Positions 44,295 to 54,679 of a DNA stretch of 64,000 bases are shown piece after piece. The translations under genes and the position numbers were made by a program. This DNA is from Cyanobacteria bacterium P01_D01_bin.156 (GTDB taxonomy: Bacteria; Cyanobacteriota; Cyanobacteriia; Phormidesmidales; Phormidesmidaceae), in NCBI GenBank assembly GCA_039024555.1, contig JBCCQQ010000002.1, positions 128,001 through 192,000 of the forward strand, in the 5' to 3' direction. How positions within the stretch are numbered: the stretch's first letter is position 1; each line of letters starts with the position of its first letter. The notes under the pieces were generated by a model. That model made no database searches. It saw only the letters and a list, made by a program, of their open reading frames with translations, and was not told the origin of the DNA.

Positions 44295-44849
44295 CTACTG
44301 AGTAAACTGGGCTGCAATATCGTTGTAACAAAGACGTAACAAACATCCGAGTAAAGAGAGTTTTGTCACTTCTACGGTCCAATACAAACCATGCATCCAG
44401 TCCATGGCATCGGGCACAGTTGTCACTGTGCCAGGCAATTCAAGCACAAGACCCATGGCACCCATGACAGGCGTGATCACGTAAGCATAGAGCAGCGCGA
44501 TCGCAACTAACCCAACTGCCAATAGGAGTGACCAACGGCTACGACTACCGCTAATTTCAACAGCATCGTCAGCATGCGCCTGACGCATTGCCAGCACTCC
44601 GGTCAACATAAGACCTGCCAACAGCATTTCCACATGATTGAATACCTCGAATAGGCTGTAGCCAGCACTGGCAAATCCAGGAGTCGTCATCATGCCTCCC
44701 ATGTAAAGCATGGGCATCACTAATAGATCGAGGAACAGGCTACCTCCAAGCCAAAAGATAGCGACAAAGAGCACAGCACTATCCCAAGCAAATTGACGAG
44801 GGGACAGCTTTGGAAATGACAAAGGAAAGGAGTTCATAGATAAACGCAA
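44295..44849 (-). CDS. DUF4149-like membrane protein
   Basis: Four TM helices; FWLGGSLFLDLLVMP; FEVFNHVE; MHGLYWTVEVTKL. Confidence 0.75.
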   Translation of the reverse strand: MRLSMNSFPLSFPKLSPRQFAWDSAVLFVAIFWLGGSLFLDLLVMPMLYMGGMMTTPGFASAGYSLFEVFNHVEMLLAGLMLTGVLAMRQAHADDAVEISGSRSRWSLLLAVGLVAIALLYAYVITPVMGAMGLVLELPGTVTTVPDAMDWMHGLYWTVEVTKLSLLGCLLRLCYNDIAAQFTQ

Positions 44850-45059
44850 AGCTTTGGTGGATTTATCCCAAACCTAACGGATATATGCCCCAACAAACGT
44901 GAAAAAACGTTGCAGCCTTTACATTGCAACGTTTTCTTTAGATTCCAACTATCAAATATGACAAAAGCCAGGAAGCTTCGGTTATGGATAAATTCGGAGT
45001 TAGGACGTCAGATATCGGAAAATCAACCCAGGGTCCGAAGTTCAAGCTCTAAAGTCCCA

Positions 45060-46394
45060 CTAAGCACTGGCAGCTTCTTCTCCATGCATTGTCTTGACCC
45101 ATTTCAGCCGCTTAGGCCGCACCGCCATGCGAGTTGTCGCAAAGGCCATCACCAAAATCCAGTGGGTCATGTACAAAGTCCCTTGCACCGCTTTGACCAT
45201 CGCCAACAGTAGGGATACTTTCTGAGTGCGCTGAATTCCCATGGTCATCCCCCAGTAGGACATCGCCACTGCAAAGGTCGTCAGTGGAGCAAATACAGGA
45301 GGCTGACGGAGTGCGATCGCCAGAAGCAAATCGGGCAGGGCCACAATTGGCAACATGTATTGCAATATCCAATAGGCCAGCATATCAATCGATTTATTCC
45401 AACCCAACTGATTACGCAGCAACAGACGCCAATAATCTAGGTAACGCTGGTATCCCCCTTCAGCCCAACGATTCCGCTGATGCCAAAGCGCTAGACCACT
45501 GGTTACGCCCTCTTCCCCCACCGCTGGCATCGACAAAAATCCAATATTCCACTGATGCAAATGCAGCTGTACCGTTAGATCTAAGTCATCAGTAATCGTC
45601 ATTTCATTCCAACCACCGCATTGGGCGATGGCCGTCTGACGCACAAACTGCCCATTCCCCCGGAGCTCGCCGATACCACATCGTGCAGCCCGTTGTTCCT
45701 GGTAATAGCGATCTAACGCCATCTCAGCAGACTGCCCTCGAGTCCAAAAATTCGTGTCGCTATTCACAATATCCTTACGCACCTGGATCGCTCCAGTACG
45801 CTCGTTTGTAAACAGTGGCATCACACGGCGTAACAAATCGGCAGGCACTTGAGCATCGGCATCAAACACAGCCAAAATTTCTCCCGTAGTCCGTGGCCAT
45901 GCCAAATTCAGCGCTCCTGACTTACCTCCAGTAGCATCTGGACCCCGGTGAAGTACTTTCAAATTGGCATGCACTCGCGCTAGACCATCTAAAATCTTGC
46001 CTGTACCATCATCACTGTTATCGTTAATCACCCAAAGCTCATAGCGTTCCTCAGGGTAGTCCAGATGACATAGAGACGTAACTAAATTTGAAATGACCGC
46101 CGCCTCATTTTTGGCCGCCACTAACAATGAAACCCTTGGACACTCCTCTGCCGACAACACCGTTGGAATAGTCGCACTGTTGGGACTTAGTGCATACATC
46201 GCAGTGCCAGTGGCAATCCGCACCACATAAATCGCCACTAAAACAGTGACAGCCCACACCAGCAACTGCCCCCATGCTGCCCAATGCAGCATGGCCGTCA
46301 CAGACCACAGCAGCAGCAAAGTAGCCAACGCCTTCAGGCGACGTCCCTCCGAAAGATCGTCTAGGGAAACATCTGATATCATTTCAGTCGCCAT
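45060..46394 (-). CDS. mgdA: GT2 glycosyltransferase, probable monoglucosyldiacylglycerol synthase
   Basis: GGKSGALN; VFDADA; GELRGNGQFVR; TDDLDL; QRNRWAEGGYQRYLDYW. Confidence 0.85.
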   Translation of the reverse strand: MATEMISDVSLDDLSEGRRLKALATLLLLWSVTAMLHWAAWGQLLVWAVTVLVAIYVVRIATGTAMYALSPNSATIPTVLSAEECPRVSLLVAAKNEAAVISNLVTSLCHLDYPEERYELWVINDNSDDGTGKILDGLARVHANLKVLHRGPDATGGKSGALNLAWPRTTGEILAVFDADAQVPADLLRRVMPLFTNERTGAIQVRKDIVNSDTNFWTRGQSAEMALDRYYQEQRAARCGIGELRGNGQFVRQTAIAQCGGWNEMTITDDLDLTVQLHLHQWNIGFLSMPAVGEEGVTSGLALWHQRNRWAEGGYQRYLDYWRLLLRNQLGWNKSIDMLAYWILQYMLPIVALPDLLLAIALRQPPVFAPLTTFAVAMSYWGMTMGIQRTQKVSLLLAMVKAVQGTLYMTHWILVMAFATTRMAVRPKRLKWVKTMHGEEAASA

Positions 46395-46646
46395 AGGTAC
46401 GATGAGAAATAGGGTTACAGGTTATTAATATCTTATTGAAATCTGTTACATAGTATTGCTTTTCAACAGACCTTCGCAGTAATCCACCCCCCAACCATTG
46501 AAACAATCCACCAGCTAGACATTGAACGGGGACAAGTCTTCTGTGGGTAGACTGAATTTAGGTCTCGCAGATGAGCCACTGAAACCATAACCGCCTCTGC
46601 TAGCCCCACGTCCATACGTCAAGCTCAGACCCCACTGCTCAACACT

Positions 46647-47021
46647 ATGCCTATTGCAGACATTCAGCCCGCTCCCAAACAAGATGTCGGCGTTTATATG
46701 CCCTACTACCAAGGCAATAAACGAAAAGCGCTTCCCTACGCCATTGGACTCTACAAAAAAGGGAATCTGGAGGGAGAACGTCGCATCGAGGGAGGAGAAA
46801 GCATCGCCTTCTTAGCCACATGGAATGTATCCATGCTGCCCGCTGACCTCACTCGCTGTCGGATGCAGTTTGCTGGTGATGCTGAGCTAACCTACGAAAT
46901 CACCATGGCTACGTTTGAATTTGTTGATTTCTTAATCGATGTGGTTACCGCTATCCGGCTAAAGCGCTCACCCGATTTTTCCAAATCCTTTTACCGCAAA
47001 CTCTTGAGAATGGATGAATAG
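46647..47021 (+). CDS. ebsA: Type IV pilus biogenesis / biofilm-suppression protein EbsA
   Basis: DVGVYMPYYQGNKRKALPYAIGLY..LEGERRIEGG..PDFSKSFYRKLL recalled EbsA pattern. Confidence 0.8.
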   Translation: MPIADIQPAPKQDVGVYMPYYQGNKRKALPYAIGLYKKGNLEGERRIEGGESIAFLATWNVSMLPADLTRCRMQFAGDAELTYEITMATFEFVDFLIDVVTAIRLKRSPDFSKSFYRKLLRMDE

Positions 47022-47159
47022 CAACTGCCATAGATTCAGTCAGTCAGCTATTTCAATTCATCACACAACACTTCGTCAAAAGTTAAGCTTTTCCCCAGTT
47101 GCGCATTACTCTCCATGGCACAATGAGGATTAGCCCTATTGGTAGTTAGGAGTGATAGT

Positions 47160-48245
47160 GTGCCACATCCATCCAAGCATCTGCTGATTGGCTCAACAGA
47201 GCCCTACAGCGGCAAGTCAGCCACCATAGTAGGACTGGCATTACAGCTTCAGGATCGCGGAATTGATGTCGCCTACGCTAAACCAGTTGGCACATGCCCT
47301 AGTGAGCAGGCAGGTCTAGATGAAGACGTCCATTTCATCTCAAAAATATTAGATTTATCTACGTCAAGATTACGCCCAACCTTACTGTCTCTAGATGCTC
47401 AGACCATCGAGCAACAGTTAAAGGAAGAAACATCTGCTTTCGAACCTCAGAAAATGGCCACCTATCTAAAGGGCCAAGGTGAAGACCTGCTGCTAATTGA
47501 AGGTCCAGGCACCTTGGAAGAAGGCACGTTATTTGGCCTATCGCTGCTACAGCTTGCGCAAGCCACTGAAGCTCAGGTAATGCTGGTGGCAAGATTTCAC
47601 TCAGTCCTGATTGTCGACGGCCTTCTAGCGGCTAAACAAAAGCTAGGAAATCGGTTAATGGGTGTGCTTATCAATGATGTGCCAGAAGATCAGCTGCAGG
47701 CGGTAGAGACCTATGTTAAAACCTGTCTCGAACGTCATGGTGTACCGGTTCTAGGAATTTTACCCAGCACCCCTCTAATGCGCAGTGTGAGCGTTGGGGA
47801 ATTGGTGCATCAGCTAAAAGCCGAGGTCATTTGTTGCGAAGAGCGAATGGACCTGATGGTACAGAGCCTAAGTATTGGTGCGATGAATGTTAACTCAGCC
47901 CTTAAGTACTTTCGTAAAGCAGACAACATGGCTGTGATTACAGGCGGTGACCGGGCTGACATTCAGCTGGCAGCCCTAGAAACATCCACCCAGTGTTTGG
48001 TACTTACCGGCCACATTGCTCCACGTGCTGATATCATCAATCGCGCTCAGGACTTAGAAGTGCCGATCTTATCCGTTGATTTAGACACCTTAACCACCGT
48101 TGAAATTATTGAACGGTCTTTTCAGCAGGTCCGTCTACAAGAGCCGATTAAGGTCCAGTGTATTCAACTCTTAATGGAGAATCACTTTGATGTTTCTCGC
48201 CTGATGGAAGAACTGCAGCTATCTTCCCCTGCGGTGACAGCTTAG
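47160..48245 (+). CDS. Phosphotransacetylase N-terminal-like protein (BioD-like + DRTGG domains)
   Basis: STEPYSGKS; LLIEGPG; VITGGDRADIQLAALE; AGGAG before GTG at 47160. Confidence 0.88.
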   Translation: MPHPSKHLLIGSTEPYSGKSATIVGLALQLQDRGIDVAYAKPVGTCPSEQAGLDEDVHFISKILDLSTSRLRPTLLSLDAQTIEQQLKEETSAFEPQKMATYLKGQGEDLLLIEGPGTLEEGTLFGLSLLQLAQATEAQVMLVARFHSVLIVDGLLAAKQKLGNRLMGVLINDVPEDQLQAVETYVKTCLERHGVPVLGILPSTPLMRSVSVGELVHQLKAEVICCEERMDLMVQSLSIGAMNVNSALKYFRKADNMAVITGGDRADIQLAALETSTQCLVLTGHIAPRADIINRAQDLEVPILSVDLDTLTTVEIIERSFQQVRLQEPIKVQCIQLLMENHFDVSRLMEELQLSSPAVTA

Positions 48246-48447
48246 AAGTTACGTACTAAATTATTTCAGACAAAACTAGTGCACTGTAGAGGTGCTAGTG
48301 AGGCCTTACCATGGCATATCTTCAGTGAGCTTTGCTATCGGATTTCGATTCTCAATTACATGTCTTGCCGATTCACGCAAAGTAGAAGCGTAGCGCCAAG
48401 GGTTTGGTAGAATTGGCCAGTCCCTTCATTAAAAATATGTAAAGCCC

Positions 48448-48963
48448 TTGAGTCAGTCCCTTGATACCCCTATTGAATCCCTTAAGGTAGATGATTTTTT
48501 GCAAGAGCTTGCTGCCATTCAGCAATCGGGCTTTAAACGCATTGCTATCTTGGGTTCCAGACATGTTCCAATTACCCATCTACGGCTAATTGAATTGATG
48601 AGCTATGCGCTAGTGCTTGGGGGGAATCGTCTGCTTACCTCTGGAGCAACAGGGACAAATTCTGCAGCGATTCGTGGGGCGATGAAAGCGGATCCGAATT
48701 TATTGACGGTCATTTTGCCCCAGAGTCTTGACCGTCAGCCAAAAGAATCCCGTGAGCAACTAGATTCAGTCATTCATTTGGTAGAAAATTCCGCCAACGA
48801 TCGCCTCAGTTTGGCGGAGGCTAGCGCTATCTGCAACCAAGAGATTATTTCACGCTGCCAACAGTTAATCTGTTTTGCATTCCACGACAGCCATACACTG
48901 CTGAAAACCTGTAAGGATGCAGAAGAGCAGCGCAAGATTGTAACTCTGTTTTACTTCGATTAG
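48448..48963 (+). CDS. DprA/SMF-like Rossmann-fold small protein (DNA recombination-mediator A family)
   Basis: IAILGSRHVP; LTSGATGTNSAAIRGA; LICFAFHDS. Confidence 0.75.
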   Translation: MSQSLDTPIESLKVDDFLQELAAIQQSGFKRIAILGSRHVPITHLRLIELMSYALVLGGNRLLTSGATGTNSAAIRGAMKADPNLLTVILPQSLDRQPKESREQLDSVIHLVENSANDRLSLAEASAICNQEIISRCQQLICFAFHDSHTLLKTCKDAEEQRKIVTLFYFD

Positions 48964-49091
48964 CAGAATTCGTTCAAGCTTCTGCTGAGGAGCAAAATGA
49001 TGTCAGCACAACAGAGTTGGCTCCTTTTTTGAGGGACACTTGAGTGTAATGTGGCGTCTGATTGATTGTTGTTAACTAGCCAGATTCAGCT

Positions 49092-49529
49092 GTGAGCTTA
49101 CTATCCGCCCCTAATATTTTTTTGTATAGCCTGCCAGTTGCAGCATTTTTGATTTACGTGCCCTACATGCTTGTGGCCGCAGAGCGTGTAAAACTAGCTC
49201 AGTCTATGGATGATGCGATGGAGGTCTTTTCTCGACCGCGCTTCTATACGGATAAACTACCGGACTATGCCAAGCGGGCGAATTGGGCACATCAAAACTC
49301 GATCGAGTCGTTTATCTTGTATGCTCCAGCGGCAGTCATTGCATATGTTACAGGCCAGGACAGTACCAATGCGCTATTGGCAGTAGTTGCATATCTTGTT
49401 GCTAGGTTGCTGTTTTCGGGGTTTTACATTTTGAATGTGGCACCGTTGCGATCGCTGATGTTTGGCATTGGCAGCCTCAGCATTTTTAGCCTGTACCTGA
49501 TGAGCTGCAAAAGCATTTGGTTACAATAG
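49092..49529 (+). CDS. MAPEG family membrane protein
   Basis: [25 protein letters not shown]. Confidence 0.88.
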   Translation: MSLLSAPNIFLYSLPVAAFLIYVPYMLVAAERVKLAQSMDDAMEVFSRPRFYTDKLPDYAKRANWAHQNSIESFILYAPAAVIAYVTGQDSTNALLAVVAYLVARLLFSGFYILNVAPLRSLMFGIGSLSIFSLYLMSCKSIWLQ

Positions 49530-49557
49530 CGACCATCATTCATTCACGATTTTCACC

Positions 49558-50049
49558 ATGGCTTCCTCCTACTCCTTTGATGTTGTAAGTGACTTTGACC
49601 GTCAAGAGCTAGTCAATGCCCTAGACCAAGTGCGGCGCGAACTTAAAAGTCGCTATGACCTAAAAGACACTAAAACAACGCTGAACTTAGGAGAGACCAA
49701 CATCTCAATTGAAACAGCCAGTGAAATGACGCTGCAATCGGTCCATGACTTAATTCAAACCAAGGCGGCTAAACGCAACTTGTCGATGAAAATTTTTGAA
49801 TTCGGCAACATTGACGCGGCCAGTGGTAATCGAGTGCGGCAGGAAGTTGAACTAAAAAAAGGCCTGAGCCAAGAGATTGCCAAGAAGATCTCTAAAATGA
49901 TTCGCGACAACCTGAAAAAGGTGCAAGCCTCGATTCAAGGGGAAGCAGTACGGATTTCTGCAAAGTCAAAAGATGACTTGCAAGCGGCAATTCAACTAAT
50001 CAAAGAAGAAGATTGGCCCGTTGCACTGCAATTTCAGAACTATCGCTAA
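49558..50049 (+). CDS. yajQ: YajQ family nucleotide/c-di-GMP-binding protein
   Basis: [34 protein letters not shown]. Confidence 0.95.
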   Translation: MASSYSFDVVSDFDRQELVNALDQVRRELKSRYDLKDTKTTLNLGETNISIETASEMTLQSVHDLIQTKAAKRNLSMKIFEFGNIDAASGNRVRQEVELKKGLSQEIAKKISKMIRDNLKKVQASIQGEAVRISAKSKDDLQAAIQLIKEEDWPVALQFQNYR

Positions 50050-50150
50050 ACTTTAATTCGTAAAGGTCATAGCCAGTTTTCCATCCTAGGAATAACCTGA
50101 TTATCTAAAGCGGGCTTGAAAATACTGACAATAGTCTGAGAAATAGGCAT

Positions 50151-50906
50151 TTGACCTTTATGAGAAATGAATCAGATAGGCCATCTCAACAAATGCCAGC
50201 TACCGCTATTGCAGCTGAAATTTCCACGTCTCTTCAAATAGGAGGCTTGCAAGTACAAGCAGCTCTAGATAATTCCACTTTGTTAGTCAAACTGAAAGCT
50301 CCAGATGATCTTGAGCAAAGCTCAATATGCAATCAGTTAAGAAATCTACTGTTACAAACGAACTTCTCAGAAATTAACAGCTGTAAGGTAGCTTGCTTTG
50401 TTCCTCACAATTCTCAAGCGCTTTGGATCGAAGAATTCGAGCTTTATACTTCTGCTGAACAACTCGCAGATTTTGAACCTCTAGAAGCACCACCGATAAC
50501 TTCTAGCGATTCTAGTCAACCAATGCATCCGATCCCTAAACATATTGCTGAAGAAGGAAAGAAGCAATCTGCTGTAAAACCAAATCGATGGAAACTACCA
50601 GGTGTAAACTTCTCGGAGTTGCATAAGGTTGGTAGTCAAGTTACAGGACAAGCCGTCAAAGCAGCTCAGGAAACTGCATCTACTGCGACAGAGCAAGCAT
50701 TGCGAAGTTCCATTGATCAAACAATGAATGCTTTCCAGATTGCTGTTGAACAAATTTATGCAAGAAAAATTCCTGCAAAAATGACTGCTTTGACAGGCAC
50801 TATCAATGTTGGAGTAATTCAACTAAGTATTCGTGTTGATATTCCTATGGATGAAGAAACTGGGGAAATTACATTCGAAGTAAATGATAAAGATACGTCG
50901 AATTAG
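50151..50906 (+). CDS. Hypothetical protein
   Basis: 251-aa open frame, AT-richer than flanks, no recognised motif. Confidence 0.65.
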   Translation: MTFMRNESDRPSQQMPATAIAAEISTSLQIGGLQVQAALDNSTLLVKLKAPDDLEQSSICNQLRNLLLQTNFSEINSCKVACFVPHNSQALWIEEFELYTSAEQLADFEPLEAPPITSSDSSQPMHPIPKHIAEEGKKQSAVKPNRWKLPGVNFSELHKVGSQVTGQAVKAAQETASTATEQALRSSIDQTMNAFQIAVEQIYARKIPAKMTALTGTINVGVIQLSIRVDIPMDEETGEITFEVNDKDTSN

Positions 50907-50926
50907 ATTGAAGCTTGCTAGATTAA

Positions 50927-51415
50927 TCACCTCTCTAAATTTAATGTCATCCAAATCGCTGCCGATTGATAGCCTTGACCTTTATAAAGTTTCAAAGCTG
51001 GTAAGTTACTGGTAAAAACTTGCAAACTCAACTCCTCATAGCCTTGCATCAGTGCCCAGCTTTTAGCGTGATTCATTAGTTTGCGCCCTAATCCTTGTCG
51101 ACGATAGGCAGGGTCAACATAGACCAAATAAATATAAGCCTGGAGTGTGCCAGTCAATTGATTGATTGATTGTCCTAACCAAAGACAACCAATGTCATTC
51201 GCCTGGTCAGCAGTAAAACCCATACGCGAGCTATTTGCTTTTGCTAACCACCACAGCATTGATGGTCCTTCAAGGTAAAGTTCTACAGTTTTAGTCAAAT
51301 GCCCTAGCTGAGTCGCTCCCAATTCCCGGTAAGCACTGGCCATAGTCGCCAACAACCGTGACCGATCCAGGCTAGAGCCTTCCACCAACTGATATCCCTC
51401 AGGCCAATCAGACAC
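50927..51415 (-). CDS. GNAT family N-acetyltransferase
   Basis: VYVDPAYRRQGLGRKLM; NLPALKLYKGQGY; GTG start at 51415 overlapping upstream stop. Confidence 0.88.
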   Translation of the reverse strand: MSDWPEGYQLVEGSSLDRSRLLATMASAYRELGATQLGHLTKTVELYLEGPSMLWWLAKANSSRMGFTADQANDIGCLWLGQSINQLTGTLQAYIYLVYVDPAYRRQGLGRKLMNHAKSWALMQGYEELSLQVFTSNLPALKLYKGQGYQSAAIWMTLNLER

Positions 51416-51584
51416 CAAAGCTATTAAGCAACAACTTCCCCACCATCGCCAACTCCTCACCATCGATCGGAGCCGGAGCTAGCATATCGCTGGGTAGCCA
51501 AATACGAGCACTAACAGCCAGCATGGCAAATAGAAATACCAGCAAAATTAAAAAAGGAACAACGTAGGAACGAATGATGGACAT
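51408..51584 (-). CDS. Small single-TM protein, missed by ORF track
   Basis: MSIIRSYVVPFLILLVFLFAMLAVSARIWLPSDMLAPAPIDGEELAMVGKLLLNSFGV*; stop overlaps GNAT start (GTGTCTGA). Confidence 0.75.
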   Translation of the reverse strand: MSIIRSYVVPFLILLVFLFAMLAVSARIWLPSDMLAPAPIDGEELAMVGKLLLNSFGV

Positions 51585-51683
51585 GACAAAAATCTAAAAC
51601 TAGCTAGGTGTTATGGAGTAAGGCTGGCTATTAAGTATCGTAACGTTTCTTAGTCAGCCATATACAGACAAATCAGCACTCAT

Positions 51684-53480
51684 CTAAGACCACAAATCAT
51701 CGTCATCCAATCCAGGACGAGGCACTGGTGCAATAGGTTGCAGATTCAGCTTTCGTAACCACCACCAACCACCAACCGCAATAATGAGCGAACACCAGCC
51801 GAGCAGGGACCGTAATAACAAGAAGCCACCCACCGCAAACATGGCTCCAAATAACAGCAACAATGATGCGACAACTCGTTTGATTTCCAAACCAAGATTT
51901 TGCCAGGGGCGCACCCCAGTGCGTTGTCGCTGTTTGCGCCAGCCGGGACCGCCGGGACGGACGCGCCGATAGAAGTTATCCAAGGTTTCATCGGATTCGG
52001 GCGGTGTGAGCAGCATGACCACTAGCCACACAACGGTTGTGATGCCCGCTGTGACCAATAACCGTAGTCCAAAGTCAGAAATTTGAATTACTTTGACTAC
52101 GCTGGTCAGTAAACCAATCACAAAGCCAGTCACCATGGAACTGAGTTCAGCTGCGGCATTAATGCGCCACCAGAACCAGCGCAAAATGAGCACCAGTCCG
52201 GGACCTGTTCCAATGGCAATTACCAAACGAAATACCGTTGCCACATCGGAAGCAAAGAAGGCCGCTATAGCGCCTAGAATGGTTACTAAAACCGATGTAA
52301 TTCGTCCCACATTGACCAGTTCAGCCTGGGTAGCGTTGGGATTGATAAATCGACCATAAAGATCGTTCGTTAAATAGGATGCACCCCAGTTAATCAGGGT
52401 GGATACCGTGCTCATAAAGGCGGCGATTAGGGAGGCGACCACCAGTCCCAGCACTACCGGGGGCAAAAAGTCGAGCATCAGCTTGGGATAACCCAATTCT
52501 CGATCGGCTAAATCTGGGTAAATGGCCACCGCCGCCAACGCCACAACAATCCAGGGCCAGGTGCGAATCACATAGTGCAAAATGTTAAAAAACCAGGCGG
52601 CCTTCTCTGCTTCGTTTTCATCCTTGGCCGCCACCAACCGCTGGATAAATTCACCACCCCCGTCACTGCGGCGAAAGGCCCACCATTGCAAAAACACATA
52701 GGCCATAAAGGCACTAGCGGGGATGCCGGCTGCCGTACTCCAGCCAATGCCACCATCAAAGGCAATAGGGACAATGCTAAGGATGTCGAAGTCGGTGTTT
52801 GCTTGGGCCTGGTTAATCAGGTTTTGCATACCGCCGACGGAGGCAACCGAGGCAACCGCCACAATAATCGCCCCAATTAACGCCAGGAAGAACTGGAAAA
52901 AGTCCGTGGCCACCACGCCCCACAGGCCTGAAAATCCAGCGTAGAACAGCACCAAAATACTGACTACAATCACGCTCCATAGCTTCAGGCTGTCATTGGG
53001 TTGAATGCCGACGCTTTGCCACAGTTCCAACGCATCCACCACTTTGACCATGGCCAACATGGCATAGCCGATGCCGATGCAGTTAATGGGAACTGCAAAC
53101 AGAAATGCTTTGACTCCACGCAAAACCGCCGCCGTTTGACCGCCATAGCGAATTTCCGTTAGCTCCGCATCGGTCACCACTTCCGAGCGTCGCCACAATC
53201 GGGCAAAGACATAGATCATCACCACGTGGGCAATGCCAAAGCTCCACCATTCCCAGTTACCGGCAATGCCACGAGAGCCGACTACACCCGCCACATACAG
53301 AGGCGTATCAATGGAAAAGGTGGTTGCGGCCATACTCGTTCCGGCTAACCACCAGGGTAAGGAGCGCCCAGAGACAAAGAAATCCACTAGGCTACCCGAG
53401 GCTTTGCGCGATAGGTAAACACCGAGAGCCATCGTAAAGATGAGGTAAGCCAGTACGATTAGCCAGTCAATAAGAAGCAT
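51684..53480 (-). CDS. Sodium:solute symporter family protein
   Basis: FFVSGRSLPWWLAGTSMAATTFSIDTP; GLWGVVATDFFQ; AAFMST. Confidence 0.95.
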   Translation of the reverse strand: MLLIDWLIVLAYLIFTMALGVYLSRKASGSLVDFFVSGRSLPWWLAGTSMAATTFSIDTPLYVAGVVGSRGIAGNWEWWSFGIAHVVMIYVFARLWRRSEVVTDAELTEIRYGGQTAAVLRGVKAFLFAVPINCIGIGYAMLAMVKVVDALELWQSVGIQPNDSLKLWSVIVVSILVLFYAGFSGLWGVVATDFFQFFLALIGAIIVAVASVASVGGMQNLINQAQANTDFDILSIVPIAFDGGIGWSTAAGIPASAFMAYVFLQWWAFRRSDGGGEFIQRLVAAKDENEAEKAAWFFNILHYVIRTWPWIVVALAAVAIYPDLADRELGYPKLMLDFLPPVVLGLVVASLIAAFMSTVSTLINWGASYLTNDLYGRFINPNATQAELVNVGRITSVLVTILGAIAAFFASDVATVFRLVIAIGTGPGLVLILRWFWWRINAAAELSSMVTGFVIGLLTSVVKVIQISDFGLRLLVTAGITTVVWLVVMLLTPPESDETLDNFYRRVRPGGPGWRKQRQRTGVRPWQNLGLEIKRVVASLLLLFGAMFAVGGFLLLRSLLGWCSLIIAVGGWWWLRKLNLQPIAPVPRPGLDDDDLWS

Positions 53481-53739
53481 GGAATGGGGGGAATTCTGAA
53501 GCGATAGCCCAAATCATCCCACACAGGGCCGCTGTCGCCAAAGGCGAATGCTGTTTATCTGAACATGGGTAGGGATGAAGGGGTTTATGAAGGTTGCGAT
53601 CGCACACTTCACCCACAACAGATAGCCTCGCACTTCAAGTAATTAGCTCTAGACGATCGGTCGGCATTAGGGTGTTATGTGGCTATTTTTCGAAGCGCTG
53701 ATCTCTAGCTAATGCTTCAGTAACTTCAGTAAAACGTAT

Positions 53740-54024
53740 TCAGGTCCTTAGCCAAACAATGATGTTAATTAGGGCTGTGACCCCAGCGCACAGAACAACA
53801 CCTTGTACCAGGCTGGATTCATGTCGATGATTGAGCCAGCGAACAAGCGGGATTACATAGAGCAGTTGCCAAAACAGCAAACCCTTTGCCCCTAAGTACC
53901 AGACCTGAATGAATACGTAGCCTGGAAAAATGAGTGCGACCAAGCCAATGACGAAGATGATTATGGCTGCGATCGCATGCAGCAGCAATAGCAACAGACT
54001 TCCTTTAATGATGTCTACACTCAT
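53740..54024 (-). CDS. Small hypothetical membrane protein
   Basis: Three hydrophobic segments; QLLYVIP; ATG at 54024 inferred. Confidence 0.6.
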   Translation of the reverse strand: MSVDIIKGSLLLLLLHAIAAIIIFVIGLVALIFPGYVFIQVWYLGAKGLLFWQLLYVIPLVRWLNHRHESSLVQGVVLCAGVTALINIIVWLRT

Positions 54025-54125
54025 AGACCTGACGACCTCGGTATCCCCAAAAATACAGCCCACACCCTACGAAACCTCATTCTCAGCCACTGAAGTCTCC
54101 TAAGCATTCCTTAAAAAACCACCCT

Positions 54126-54668
54126 ATGCTACGCACCCTCTCAGTTCTTTCCTTTGCCACCAGCGCCGCCTTTCTCATGGTTCCAGCCGCCAGCGCCAAC
54201 GGCCTTTCTCTTTCTAGCCGAGATACCTTCGAGCGGATGGACAATATAATACTGCCGGTGGAAGCAACATCAGGCAGCTGCCCTAGCACGGTAGAGCTGT
54301 GGCAGGAATCTGCGGTTAGCTACGAAGCGGGCGACCACAGTGGTTTGATGCTGAATGTGGTTGCGATCGCCCAGGGAAACACCGAATTTATCGATAGCCA
54401 GGAATATTCCGTCACCTTTCGCTCGCCGCTCAAACCAGAGTTCTACAGCTGCGTTGCCTACCTGGGCAATGACGCAAACTTTGATGAAATTGCCCAGTAC
54501 TACCGGAAGCTATACGACATTTGGTTTAGCCAGGGCCATGTTTATTTTCGGCTAGACATCAGCCCCATTGCCCCAGAACCCCACGAACGAGACTGGTATT
54601 ACGCGAACATTACGCACCAGGAAATTGTCGGCCAGTATCCCTATGTGCGTTGGGCCGTTGGAGACTGA
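54126..54668 (+). CDS. Secreted hypothetical protein
   Basis: Signal peptide ending in ASA; two Cys; C-terminal PYVRWAVGD. Confidence 0.7.
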   Translation: MLRTLSVLSFATSAAFLMVPAASANGLSLSSRDTFERMDNIILPVEATSGSCPSTVELWQESAVSYEAGDHSGLMLNVVAIAQGNTEFIDSQEYSVTFRSPLKPEFYSCVAYLGNDANFDEIAQYYRKLYDIWFSQGHVYFRLDISPIAPEPHERDWYYANITHQEIVGQYPYVRWAVGD

Positions 54669-54679
54669 CCTTTAAACCA

